A stretch of DNA of 64,000 bases from a virus. The DNA is taken from positions 32,001-96,000 of IMG/VR virus record IMGVR_UViG_3300032080_000001, one strand, 5' to 3'. A program made the translations under genes and the position numbers. Under the pieces are notes generated by a model. It was not told the DNA's origin, ran no database searches, and was given only the letters and a program-made list of their open reading frames with translations. Shown here in pieces: positions 1 through 9,328 of this stretch (the stretch's first letter is position 1; the number at the start of each line of letters is the position of its first letter).

Positions 1-1911
1 CAGGCCGTCGTCAGCCAGCTGGCGGATGGCGTGTCCGTGCTCGGCTCTGCGGGTCGGGTTACCCCGGCCGTCTCCGCGCTCGCCCGTATGGTGGACGTGG
101 CGGCGGGCGTGGCGTTCAACGGCGGCGTCGTCGTCCGCATCCCCGCGACGACCAACCTACAGGTCTTCGACAACGCCACCACGTCGGGCAGCGCGAGCAG
201 CCTCGTGTACGTCGAGTGGTGGGACGCCGAGGTGGACTACACCGGAGACGCGAACCTCAAGCCGACTGATACGGGCCTCGGCAACGGCCACGCGCGCCTC
301 AAGCGGACCGTCCAGGTGAAGGCCAACGTCGGCTCGACCGCGCTCCCGACCCCGGTGGCCGGGCACAACGTGTTCGCCCTGGCGACCGTTACTCACAACT
401 TCACCACCAACGGTACGGTGGTCCTGGCCTCCGACGTGGCGCAGAGCCCCTACGGCGTCACGCCGGGAGAGCTGGCGGGTTACGGCGCCGCGCGCACGCT
501 GCGGCTCGTCTCGAATGGCCCGGCCAACGGCGTGGCGCACGAGCGCGACACCCGCGCGACGTACACGTCGGGCAAGCTGCTGAGTCTTAAGAACGCCGGA
601 GTGGAGAAGGCGTTCCTGGACTTCGCGGGCGCCCTCACGCTGCTCGGCGGGCTGACGGCGACCACCGGCACGTTCAGCAGCAACGTCAGTATTACCGGCA
701 ACTTGACCATCTCCGGCACCGTGGACGGCGTGGACGTATCCGCGCACGCGCACGACGGGACGACGGTAGGCGGGCCGAAGGTTGCGCACGCTAACCTCAC
801 CGGGTTGGCGGTCGGGGATGACCATGCGCAGTACGTGCACATCAGCACCGCGCGCACCGTCAGCGCCGTGCACACGCTCAACCCGGCCGTAGCCGGGGCG
901 CCGTTTCTCCTGGGGGCCAACGCTCAGGGGCAGTTGGTGGTGGGGCTGAACGCAGACAAGCTGGATGGGTACGACGGGTCTCAGCTCGCCGCACTCGCGG
1001 AGGCCGAGACCGTCACCGGGTCGTGGACGTTCAATGCGAACGTGCTGGCCCCGGCGGGCGTCACCTTCGACGGGGTGGACCTGTCGGCCGTCAAGGACGG
1101 GAGCACCGGCATCGACCACGCGAAGCTGACCGGACTGACCGGGACCGACCACCACACGCAGTACGTGCACATCTCGACGGCCCGAACCATCGCGGCCGTG
1201 CACACGTTCAACCCGGCGGTTGCCGGGGCTCCCTTCCTCCTGGGCGCCAACGCGTCCGGGCAGCTGGTCACGGGGCTGAACGCCGAGAGGCTGGGCGGGC
1301 AAACGCTCGCCAACCTGGACGCGCGCTACCTGGCGCTCGCGGGAGGGACAGTCACGGGAGTGACCTCGTTCTCCGCGCAGACCAACGTGAAGGGCGACCT
1401 GTCCCTGTTCCTCACGGGGGACACGCAGGCGCGCCTCTACATTCGGTCGTCGGACGGCTCGCTCGCGTGGGGGCAGGGTGGCTCGACTACCCAGGACACG
1501 ACGCTCGCGCGCTCGGGAGCTTCCGCCCTGACGCTGACCGGGCATCTGTCGGTGACGGGTCGCCTGCGGTCGCCTGGCAACTTCTTGGACAGCGCGACGG
1601 CCAACGCTGCCATCTCGGCCACGGGCAGCATCCCGGTGGCGAACGTCGGCAAGCGGGCACTGGTGGTTCGCCTGAACGTTGACCCCGGCGCGTACAGCGG
1701 CAACTACGACGTGTACGTGTACGCGGACAACAACACCACGTCCACGTCCCTCGCGAAGTGGCAGGGGCAGACGGGCGTGCTTACGGACCCCATCCCGTGG
1801 CACTTCCGCAACGACCGGTCGGACGAGACGCTGTACGTCCAGGTGGTGAAGGCGACCACGGGGACCGCGCACACCTTCACGGTGACGCTGTCCGCCGAGC
1901 GGTTCGCGTAA
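1..1911 (+). CDS. Tail fibre / tail-associated protein (5'-truncated; frame is open from base 1)
   Basis: Gly/Thr/Ala-rich. Two ~80-aa internal repeats (DGVD.SA...H.QYVHISTART...LNA(D/E)(K/R)L(D/G)G) typical of phage fibres. Lies upstream of the lysis genes. Confidence 0.75.
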   Translation, partial: QAVVSQLADGVSVLGSAGRVTPAVSALARMVDVAAGVAFNGGVVVRIPATTNLQVFDNATTSGSASSLVYVEWWDAEVDYTGDANLKPTDTGLGNGHARLKRTVQVKANVGSTALPTPVAGHNVFALATVTHNFTTNGTVVLASDVAQSPYGVTPGELAGYGAARTLRLVSNGPANGVAHERDTRATYTSGKLLSLKNAGVEKAFLDFAGALTLLGGLTATTGTFSSNVSITGNLTISGTVDGVDVSAHAHDGTTVGGPKVAHANLTGLAVGDDHAQYVHISTARTVSAVHTLNPAVAGAPFLLGANAQGQLVVGLNADKLDGYDGSQLAALAEAETVTGSWTFNANVLAPAGVTFDGVDLSAVKDGSTGIDHAKLTGLTGTDHHTQYVHISTARTIAAVHTFNPAVAGAPFLLGANASGQLVTGLNAERLGGQTLANLDARYLALAGGTVTGVTSFSAQTNVKGDLSLFLTGDTQARLYIRSSDGSLAWGQGGSTTQDTTLARSGASALTLTGHLSVTGRLRSPGNFLDSATANAAISATGSIPVANVGKRALVVRLNVDPGAYSGNYDVYVYADNNTTSTSLAKWQGQTGVLTDPIPWHFRNDRSDETLYVQVVKATTGTAHTFTVTLSAERFA

Positions 1912-1945
1912 TCTTTCGTCCCTCGCTACCGGTAGAGTAACGGTA

Positions 1946-4900
1946 ATGCCCATCGTCAGTGGTGTCATCGTCATCGGCACGCCCTGGCTCCAGAGCCGGA
2001 CACGCGGCGTCGTCATCGCGGAAGTACTGTCGCGCTTTTATCCGCGCTACGCGCCGGTGCCTCCGGCCGGGCCGCCCGTTTCACCCTCGGCGGCTACGGC
2101 GGCCGAAGAGCAGGCTATCGACCTGGCGTGGTCGAACGGGGCGGCGCTTCCGAGCGTGACGGAGATTTGGGTCTCGAACGACGGGGTGGGCGGCTGGGCG
2201 CTACTCGCCACCGTGCCGCTCGCGCAGACCACGTACAAGCACTTCACCGGCGCGTTCAACGTCACCCGGTTCTACCGGTTCCGGCACGTCAACGTGACCG
2301 ACAACTCGGCGTACACGGCGGTCGTCTCGGCCACGTCGCAGGTGGACCTGCCGGGAGGGGCGCCGTCGAGCTTGGCCGCCACGGTGCCGACGACACGTCC
2401 GGCGGGGGAGACCACGGCCACCGTGAGCTGGGCCAACAGCGACGCCACGGCGGCGACGCGGATTTATCGGCGTCCGGTCGGCGGCACGTTCGCCCTCGTG
2501 AACACCGCCGCTCCGACCGCCGCGTCGTGGCTGGACAGCGGGCTTGTCCCGAACACGGCTTACGAGTGGCAGGCCGTTCACGAGAAGAGCGGCGTACTGT
2601 CCTCGCTCTCGAACATCGCCAGCGCCACAACGCTGGTGGACGGGCCCGACGCGGACCCCACCAGCCTGGTCGCGACGGGCGGGACCGGCGTGGCGGGGCA
2701 GGGCAAGAACAACCTCACCTGGACCAACGGTGACGCGACGGCGCTGACGTACATCTACGCGGCGACGGCTTCGGGGGGCACCCTCTCACTGGTTGGCACG
2801 GTCGGGACAGGGGTATCGTCCTTCACGCACGCGGTGGGCGCGTTCGCGGCGGTGCGGTACTACAAGGTACGCCACTTCAAGAACGGCGTCTACTCGGTCA
2901 ACTACTCGAACGAGTCGAGCGCCACGTCGGGGCAAGACATCCCCGATGCCGACCCGACCGGGCTGGCCGTGGTTGTGCCCGCGCGGCCGACCGGCGAGAC
3001 GCAGCTGGTGCTGAACTGGACCAACGGCGATGCTACGGCGCAGACCCGCATCTACCGGGGCGGCGCGCTGCTCACGACGGTGGCGGCCGGGGTGGTCACG
3101 TTCACGGACACGGGGCGCACGCCCAACACGGCGTACTCGTACCAGGTTGAGCACCTCAAAAACTCCGTGGCGAGCGGGCGCACGGCGGCGGTGAGCGGCA
3201 CGACCCTCGTGGACGGCCCTGACGCGCCGCCGACCAGCCTCACGGCCGGAAACCCCGGCGCGGGCCAGGTGAACTTGACCTGGACCAACGGCGACGCGAC
3301 GGCGGCCACGGAGGTGTACCGCACCGTCAACGGGGTCGATACCCTGGTCGCTACGGTTGCGGCGGGCGTGGCGGCGTACATCGACGCGCCCGGCGGTAAC
3401 ACGGTTGTCGCCTACAAGGTGCGACACATGAAGAACGCCGTCGTCTCGGCGTACTCGAACTCGGCCAGCCTGACGACGCTCGCCGCGCCGGGAGCGCCGA
3501 CACTCTCCAGCGTCACCGCGCAGCCGGGGCAGTTCACGCTCGCGTGGACGAACAGCGACCCGGCGGCCACCCCGGTGGTCTTCCGCTCTGCGGACGGCAG
3601 CACGTTCACCGAAGTGGCCGCCCTCGCGGCGGCGACGGCGGGGTACACCGACAACGGCGCCTACGCCGAGCTGACGGTGCGCTACTTCAAGGTGGCCGCG
3701 CGTAAGAACGGCTTCGACGTGTTCTCGGGCACCTTGAGCGCGACGACCCCGGACATCCCCAACGCTCCGCCGACTGCGCTGGCCGGGGCGAACAACGGGG
3801 CGGGCAACGTCACGCTCACCTGGACCAACGGCGACGCGACGGCGGCCACGGAGGTGCTGCGGGCGGGCACCGTCATCGCGACGGTGGCGCCGGGGACGGC
3901 GGTGTACGCGTACAACCAGGGCGCGAACGCCACCTACAGCTACACCGTGCGGCACGCGAAGAACGGGTACACCTCGGCGCAGTCGAACGCGGCCAGCATC
4001 ACGACGGGTAAGCAGCCCGCCGGGGCGCCGACGCTGACGGGCGTGACCGGGGGTGACGGGCGCTTCGACCTCGCCTGGACGAATGCGGACGTGTACTCGC
4101 AGGTCGAAGTGTACGGCGCATTCAATAGCGGGTCTTACTCGCTCTTGACGACGCTGGCTGCGGGCACGGCGAGTTACGCGCTCACCGGGCGGCCGAAGGA
4201 CCAGCAGGGGCAGTTCTACCTGCGGCACAAGAACGACGGGTACGCTTCCGCGAACTCGGCGTCCTTGACGGCCTACACGAACAACCCGCCGGTGGCCGCG
4301 TCCGGCCTCGTCGTGCAGAACGTGGCGTGGAACTACGGCGAAGCCCGGTGGACGGTAAACGACACCGGAGCCGACACCAGCATGGGGCTGTACTACCGCG
4401 TGCAGGGTGCGGGTCCGTGGTCGGCGGTGGCTTCGTGGGGTCTCGACAGCGCGGCCGTGGGCTCCGTGTTCAACGTGGCGCTCCCGGCACTCATGCCGCA
4501 GACCACTTACGAGGTGCTGGTTGAGCTGTACCGGCGAGACCGGGGCGGGCGGGACTGGTGGGTGGATTCGTCGGTCGTGGCGTTCACGACGCCCCAGCTT
4601 CCCGTGCCGTCCACGGTGTCGTCGTCGTACCTCGGGGCGGACAATAACGCGCGGGGAGGCGACTACGCGTTTTCCTGGACGCGGGGCGCGACAGGCGTCG
4701 TCACGGAGTGGGCCCTCACGCGCCCTTCGGACGGCGCGTGGCTCGCCAACGGCGAGTGGCCGCTCGACGCCACCGGCGGGGAGGCCGACGCGAACATCGG
4801 GCCCAACACGGCCATCACCGCGTGGGTTCGGCACCGCAAGGCATGGGGCGGCACGACGGTGTACTCGGCGTGGTTGTCGGTGTTCTCCGGCACTACGCCC

Positions 4901-5863
4901 GGCGACAACCTGAGTGGCGTGAGCGCGGGCGGCGGCACGGTCAACAACGTGCGGTTCCTGCGGAACAACGCGACGACCCTGTGGTTCCTGTGGGACGAGG
5001 CAGGCAACTCTCAGCCCGACAACAACGCCTACGACTGGGAGATTTACTACCCGAGCGGGGCGCTGCACTCCTCCGGGTACGAGGGGCGGACGGGCGCGAC
5101 GTGGTTCCACTTCGCCAGCGAGACGCAGACCGGTGTGTGGATGGGACGCGTCCGGTGGCGGGTGAACGGGTACGTCGGGCCGTGGCAGTCGGCCACGTTC
5201 AACAACGGCACGCCGGTGCCGACCCTACAGGTGTTCGATGTGTCCGCCTGTATGGGGGATGTGCCGCAGTACATGGCCCGCATCGTGTGGACGGCCACCG
5301 ACGTGGAGACGGAGGTGCAGCTCTACAACACGAGCACTGGCGCGTGGGGCACGCTGTACCCGCCGGAGCCCAAGGGCGCGAACGGGCTGTACCACGTCGG
5401 CGTCACGGAAGAGCCCACGCACATCCTCGCGGGGCCGGGCACCGTGACCTACCGCGCACGGCACCTTAAGAACGGGTCTTACTCGGCCTGGTCTGCGAGC
5501 GCCAGCGCGACTATCGGTACGCTGAACTGCAACGTTCCGCCGAGCGCTCCGCCCAGCGGGCTGACGGCGACGAACACCTCGGTGTGTTCGGGGACGACCC
5601 CGGTCTACCGGGCGGTGCTGAACTGGACCAACGGGGATACGACGGCGCAGACGCGGGTCTATCGAGGGTCCACGCTTGTCACCACGGCAGTGGCGGGCGG
5701 GGCGACGTACACGGTTAACAATGCGCCGACCGGCACCTACACCTACACCGTCCGGCACTACAAGAACGGCGTGGAGTCCACCGGGTCGAGCTACACACTG
5801 ACGGTAGGGGCGATGGACTGCTCCTCCACCGGCGGAGGTGGCGGGAGTTCGCAGTTCCAGTAA
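1946..5863 (+). CDS. Fibronectin type III repeat virion protein (1305 aa)
   Basis: About 10 or more repeats of the pattern PxxL...L(T/N)WTNGDATAxTxxYR...YxVRHxKNG, consistent with FN3/Ig-like domains. Located in the tail module. Confidence 0.8.
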   Translation: MPIVSGVIVIGTPWLQSRTRGVVIAEVLSRFYPRYAPVPPAGPPVSPSAATAAEEQAIDLAWSNGAALPSVTEIWVSNDGVGGWALLATVPLAQTTYKHFTGAFNVTRFYRFRHVNVTDNSAYTAVVSATSQVDLPGGAPSSLAATVPTTRPAGETTATVSWANSDATAATRIYRRPVGGTFALVNTAAPTAASWLDSGLVPNTAYEWQAVHEKSGVLSSLSNIASATTLVDGPDADPTSLVATGGTGVAGQGKNNLTWTNGDATALTYIYAATASGGTLSLVGTVGTGVSSFTHAVGAFAAVRYYKVRHFKNGVYSVNYSNESSATSGQDIPDADPTGLAVVVPARPTGETQLVLNWTNGDATAQTRIYRGGALLTTVAAGVVTFTDTGRTPNTAYSYQVEHLKNSVASGRTAAVSGTTLVDGPDAPPTSLTAGNPGAGQVNLTWTNGDATAATEVYRTVNGVDTLVATVAAGVAAYIDAPGGNTVVAYKVRHMKNAVVSAYSNSASLTTLAAPGAPTLSSVTAQPGQFTLAWTNSDPAATPVVFRSADGSTFTEVAALAAATAGYTDNGAYAELTVRYFKVAARKNGFDVFSGTLSATTPDIPNAPPTALAGANNGAGNVTLTWTNGDATAATEVLRAGTVIATVAPGTAVYAYNQGANATYSYTVRHAKNGYTSAQSNAASITTGKQPAGAPTLTGVTGGDGRFDLAWTNADVYSQVEVYGAFNSGSYSLLTTLAAGTASYALTGRPKDQQGQFYLRHKNDGYASANSASLTAYTNNPPVAASGLVVQNVAWNYGEARWTVNDTGADTSMGLYYRVQGAGPWSAVASWGLDSAAVGSVFNVALPALMPQTTYEVLVELYRRDRGGRDWWVDSSVVAFTTPQLPVPSTVSSSYLGADNNARGGDYAFSWTRGATGVVTEWALTRPSDGAWLANGEWPLDATGGEADANIGPNTAITAWVRHRKAWGGTTVYSAWLSVFSGTTPGDNLSGVSAGGGTVNNVRFLRNNATTLWFLWDEAGNSQPDNNAYDWEIYYPSGALHSSGYEGRTGATWFHFASETQTGVWMGRVRWRVNGYVGPWQSATFNNGTPVPTLQVFDVSACMGDVPQYMARIVWTATDVETEVQLYNTSTGAWGTLYPPEPKGANGLYHVGVTEEPTHILAGPGTVTYRARHLKNGSYSAWSASASATIGTLNCNVPPSAPPSGLTATNTSVCSGTTPVYRAVLNWTNGDTTAQTRVYRGSTLVTTAVAGGATYTVNNAPTGTYTYTVRHYKNGVESTGSSYTLTVGAMDCSSTGGGGGSSQFQ

Positions 5864-5872
5864 GCAGCACCG

Positions 5873-5906
5873 TGCGCCGCCCGACATCAGGGCGGCGCCC
5901 TTCTTC
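5873..5906 (+). terminator. Intrinsic terminator after the FN3 gene
   Basis: gcgccgccc-gacatca-gggcggcgc hairpin followed by ccttctt. Confidence 0.6.
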
Positions 5907-5933
5907 ATCACCAGCTACAGGTAAGTTACCGGT

Positions 5934-6518
5934 ATGCAGGATATTACGGCACTCAAGGCACTCATTCCGGCCCTGGCGGGCCTTCCGGCGCGCCCGAAGC
6001 GCGTCGTGCTTCACTGGACGGGCGGCGGTCCCACGGCCAACGACATCGACAAGGCGCACTACCACTTCATCGTCAACCGCGATGGCACGGTGGTGCGGGG
6101 AGCGCACACGGTCGCGCAGAACATGAAGCAGTTGTCCGCGCGCGACAGCTACGCCGGGCACACCGGCGGCTTCAACAGCTTCTCCATCGGCGTCTCGTTC
6201 GCGGGGATGGCGGACTCGGGGCCGGTGACGGCGAAGCACCCGAAGGGGGTGTTCGGGCCGTACCCACTGACCGAGGCGCAGGTGCGGGCGGGCCTCATCT
6301 TCGTGGCGCTACTCTGCAAGACCTACGGGCTCGACCCGAAGAACGTGAACCATGTCTTCACCCACTACGAGGCGTGGACGGTGCACAAGGTCAAGGGGCA
6401 GATGAACGACCAGAAGTTCGACATCACCATGCTCCAGTTCATGCCGTCGCTGGGCAAGGACCAGGTCGGGCCCTGGCTGCGGGAGAACGCCGCGCTGCAC
6501 CTCAAAGAGCTTGCGTAG
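5934..6518 (+). CDS. Endolysin, N-acetylmuramoyl-L-alanine amidase (Amidase_2 type)
   Basis: VVLHWTGG, HYHFIVNRDG, GHTGGFNSFSIGVS and FTH motifs. Confidence 0.85.
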   Translation: MQDITALKALIPALAGLPARPKRVVLHWTGGGPTANDIDKAHYHFIVNRDGTVVRGAHTVAQNMKQLSARDSYAGHTGGFNSFSIGVSFAGMADSGPVTAKHPKGVFGPYPLTEAQVRAGLIFVALLCKTYGLDPKNVNHVFTHYEAWTVHKVKGQMNDQKFDITMLQFMPSLGKDQVGPWLRENAALHLKELA

Positions 6519-6635
6519 GGCTTGCGCTACCGGTAGTATACCGGTAGATTTGAGGCGCTTTCTGTAGTGCGACCCCGGCCGGTGCGGGGGTCAGACGGCT
6601 CCGTGCTTTCTACCCCCGACTCGGCTAACTTTTCA

Positions 6636-7178
6636 ATGCTGTCGTTTCCTTTCTTCAAGCTCGGCTACTTCACGGACAACGTTCCGGCGAAGGCCAGTCT
6701 GGCAACCGGCGCTGTCTTCATCGAGCGCCTGTGTGCCTATTCTCCTGATGCGTGCGCCTTCCTCGGTGGCATCCACCAGTCCGTCAAGGCGCTCCTGCTG
6801 CTGATGGCCCTCGACCTGCTGACGGGGGTCATGGCCGCCCGTGCGGAGGGGCAGCGCATCCAGAGCCGCCGATTCGGCCTGGGCGCCCAGCGTAAGTTCG
6901 GGATGCTGCTGGTGATTTACGCGGCCCACCTGCTTGACGGCGTGTTCGGCACGGGGAGTGCCATTTTCGTCGGGGCGACGTGGTGGTACATCGCGACCGA
7001 GACCATCTCGTTCTACGAGAACGCGGACCGCATGGGCGTGCCGATGCCGCCGGGGTTGAAGCGGCTGATGGAGACCGTGCTCCAGAAGGCGAATGACACG
7101 CTCGGGGCGCTGACGCCTACCTCGGCCAAGCCTGCGTCTGAGGTGGTGAGACCGGCGGAGAACGCGCCGGACGCGTAA
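6636..7178 (+). CDS. Holin (phage holin family 4-like)
   Basis: LLLLMALDLLTG...SRRFGLG..RK and YIATETISFYENADRMGVPMP pattern, multiple TM segments, directly after the endolysin. Confidence 0.8.
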   Translation: MLSFPFFKLGYFTDNVPAKASLATGAVFIERLCAYSPDACAFLGGIHQSVKALLLLMALDLLTGVMAARAEGQRIQSRRFGLGAQRKFGMLLVIYAAHLLDGVFGTGSAIFVGATWWYIATETISFYENADRMGVPMPPGLKRLMETVLQKANDTLGALTPTSAKPASEVVRPAENAPDA

Positions 7179-7200
7179 GAGCCGCGTGACTTTAGTATGC

Positions 7201-7232
7201 AAGACCCCGCCTTCACCGGCGGGGTTTTCTTG
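7201..7232 (+). terminator. Intrinsic terminator ending the lysis cassette
   Basis: aagaccccgcc-ttcacc-ggcggggtttt followed by ctt. Confidence 0.8.
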
Positions 7233-7264
7233 TTAGTAAGAACGGCCGCACCGGTAAACTACCC

Positions 7265-7293
7265 TTGACAAAGCGGTGTGACCCTATTAGCTT
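7265..7293 (+). promoter_or_regulatory. Sigma70-type promoter (GACCCTAT class)
   Basis: TTGACA-N17-TAGCTT with GACCCTAT directly before the -10. Confidence 0.8.
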
Positions 7294-7340
7294 ACTCTCA
7301 CGTTGAAGGTACGGGCACTTACGACTGGTGGAGGACGCAC

Positions 7341-7532
7341 ATGAACGCACGGCACTTGGGCATCGCCCTTACTTTCGGTCACATTGCCGCCGACGTAGCG
7401 ATGGGTGGCGGGCACCTGGTGGTGGACGCGGCCCTCTGGCTGGCGCTTGCCCTCGGGTTCGGGAAGGTCGTGAGCACGTGGTGGGCGCGGCGCCACACCG
7501 CCGGGGCGTGCTGTGTTCACGGGCAGCACTGA
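7341..7532 (+). CDS. Small membrane protein
   Basis: GGAGG SD, hydrophobic segments, follows the promoter at 7265. Confidence 0.55.
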   Translation: MNARHLGIALTFGHIAADVAMGGGHLVVDAALWLALALGFGKVVSTWWARRHTAGACCVHGQH

Positions 7533-7712
7533 GCGCTTCCGTACCGATACGGCTTGCTTTTCTGGTAGGGTACTGTTAGCCTGTATGTAACGTACTCCGA
7601 ACATCCGGGCAATCTGCCGCTGTACCACGGTCTAAGATGTGCACTGTCAAGCTGATGGCACCGTAGCTGTACAACACAGCTACACGACGCGCAACGAACG
7701 ACGGAGGACACG

Positions 7713-7955
7713 ATGGCTCGCACAAACCTTGACGCAACTTCGGTTTACCACAACGCCGCGCAGGGCGAGGCGCTCAAGAAGGCGGCGGCGCTGGAGAACC
7801 GGAGCGTATCGAACTTCCTGCTGAACCTCGGCATCCAGAAGGCCGCCGAGATGGGCATTCCGGTCTTCAACGTGAGCGCGGTGGAGGAGCCGGAGACCCG
7901 GCCGCGCAAGCTGGCGGTCGGTGGCGGGGGCAAGAATCGGCGGTCTCGGCGTTAA
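7713..7955 (+). CDS. Ribbon-helix-helix DNA-binding protein (DUF1778-like)
   Basis: TSVY strand, then EALKKAAALENRSVSNFLL helix-helix; GGAGG SD. Confidence 0.7.
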   Translation: MARTNLDATSVYHNAAQGEALKKAAALENRSVSNFLLNLGIQKAAEMGIPVFNVSAVEEPETRPRKLAVGGGGKNRRSRR

Positions 7956-8007
7956 TCCGCTGCGGCGACCGCCGCGCACCTGATGGACTCTGACGGGAGA
8001 GGCACCT

Positions 8008-9249
8008 GTGGCGCAAGCTGCACTTTCGGTCGGGGTGTCCAACCGAGACACCCCGGCTGACGCCACGTACCAGGCGTTCTTTGGTACGCGGTCCGGGCCG
8101 TTCGTCCCGATGTTGTCAGGGCTGCTCCGCGCACTTGGAGCAGCTTCTCTTTCGGACGGCGCTACCGGTACACTACTGTTATTGTACAGTGAGTACGTCC
8201 CGATGTCGCTCCGGAACGGGCACCTCGGGGACGATGGCTGGGTGATGGTGTGGCCGTCAAAGGAGCGGCTGGCCGAGGAGACGGGGAGGCGGCGCTCGAC
8301 GGTGAAGGAGCACCTTGCGGCGCTCGAAGCCCTCGGGGCTATCCGCCGCTCCAGAGAGCGGGTGAACGGACGCACGGGGGTGCTGTGGGTGCGCCCCACC
8401 CCCGCCCTCCTCGCGCACCTGGAGGCGAGGCCGGAGGTGCAGGCCACCCTGCGTCAGCGATTCAAGAGGCGCTACGACCCGCAGGTGACGCCCATCGAGT
8501 CGAGGTTCTTCCTGGCCGAAAATTCGGCCAGCACCTGGCCGGAAAACCGGCCACAACGGAAGAGTACTACGACCGAAGAAGAAGTAAACAGCAACACGCC
8601 GCAGGGGCGCCGCGCAGAGGACCGGACGCCGCTGGCGGAAATGGCCTGGCCGGAGGGCTGGGACGAGGGGCGGTTCGCCCGCTGGTTCGAGTACACGCAT
8701 GACGAAACGGTAGCCGACGTGAAGAGCATCTACGCGAGAATGGCCGAACTGCGGCAGACGCAGGACGCGGCCGAGGACGAGAGCGCCGAGGCCCGCGAAA
8801 AGCGGTTGGCGAAGCCGAAGTCGCAGCGGATGAACGGGGGCAGGAAGCAGGCGCCCAAGGTCGCGCGCACCGACACAGCGTCCGCTCTGATGCGGGACTT
8901 TAAGGCGCTGGTCACGACGAACTTCCCCAACGCGTACAACCCGCCGAACGACGTGAAGGCGCTTTCGCAGATGCGCATGCTCCTCGACCGGTACGGCGAG
9001 GCCGAGGTCCGGCGGCTCATGGAGTTCGTCGCTGACCCGACAACGTGGGGGCGTATCAAGACCAAGTGGCCGAAAATCGAGCTGTTTCAGCCCACTCCTG
9101 GTTGGCTGCTGGCCTGGAGCGAGTCGCTACTCCAGTGGATGAAGAGCGGCGCCCCCGATGCGGGGCAGGCTACCGGTCCGAAGCGCAGCGGCGGAGCCGA
9201 GGTTTACGACCGCGCTACGACCGACGCGAAGGGTCGCTCGACGTTCTGA
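8008..9249 (+). CDS. Replication initiator with N-terminal winged HTH
   Basis: LSDGA..LLLLY...VWPSKERLAEETGRRRSTVKEHLAALEALGAI; precedes the loader and helicase genes. Confidence 0.7.
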   Translation: MAQAALSVGVSNRDTPADATYQAFFGTRSGPFVPMLSGLLRALGAASLSDGATGTLLLLYSEYVPMSLRNGHLGDDGWVMVWPSKERLAEETGRRRSTVKEHLAALEALGAIRRSRERVNGRTGVLWVRPTPALLAHLEARPEVQATLRQRFKRRYDPQVTPIESRFFLAENSASTWPENRPQRKSTTTEEEVNSNTPQGRRAEDRTPLAEMAWPEGWDEGRFARWFEYTHDETVADVKSIYARMAELRQTQDAAEDESAEAREKRLAKPKSQRMNGGRKQAPKVARTDTASALMRDFKALVTTNFPNAYNPPNDVKALSQMRMLLDRYGEAEVRRLMEFVADPTTWGRIKTKWPKIELFQPTPGWLLAWSESLLQWMKSGAPDAGQATGPKRSGGAEVYDRATTDAKGRSTF

Positions 9250-9293
9250 CCAGCTACCGGTGCTCTACACGCAGAGCACCGGCGCTTGACCCC

Positions 9294-9322
9294 TTGACAA
9301 AAGTAGCTGACCCTATTAAACT
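9294..9322 (+). promoter_or_regulatory. Sigma70-type promoter (GACCCTAT class); possibly leaderless transcript
   Basis: TTGACA-N17-TAAACT; the ligase ATG is at 9329, about 7 nt after the -10. Confidence 0.75.
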
Positions 9323-9328
9323 GTTCGT

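Noticed and set aside
1946-5863. Diversity-generating retroelement target
   Set aside because: No reverse transcriptase and no TR/VR pair differing at adenines in the window.
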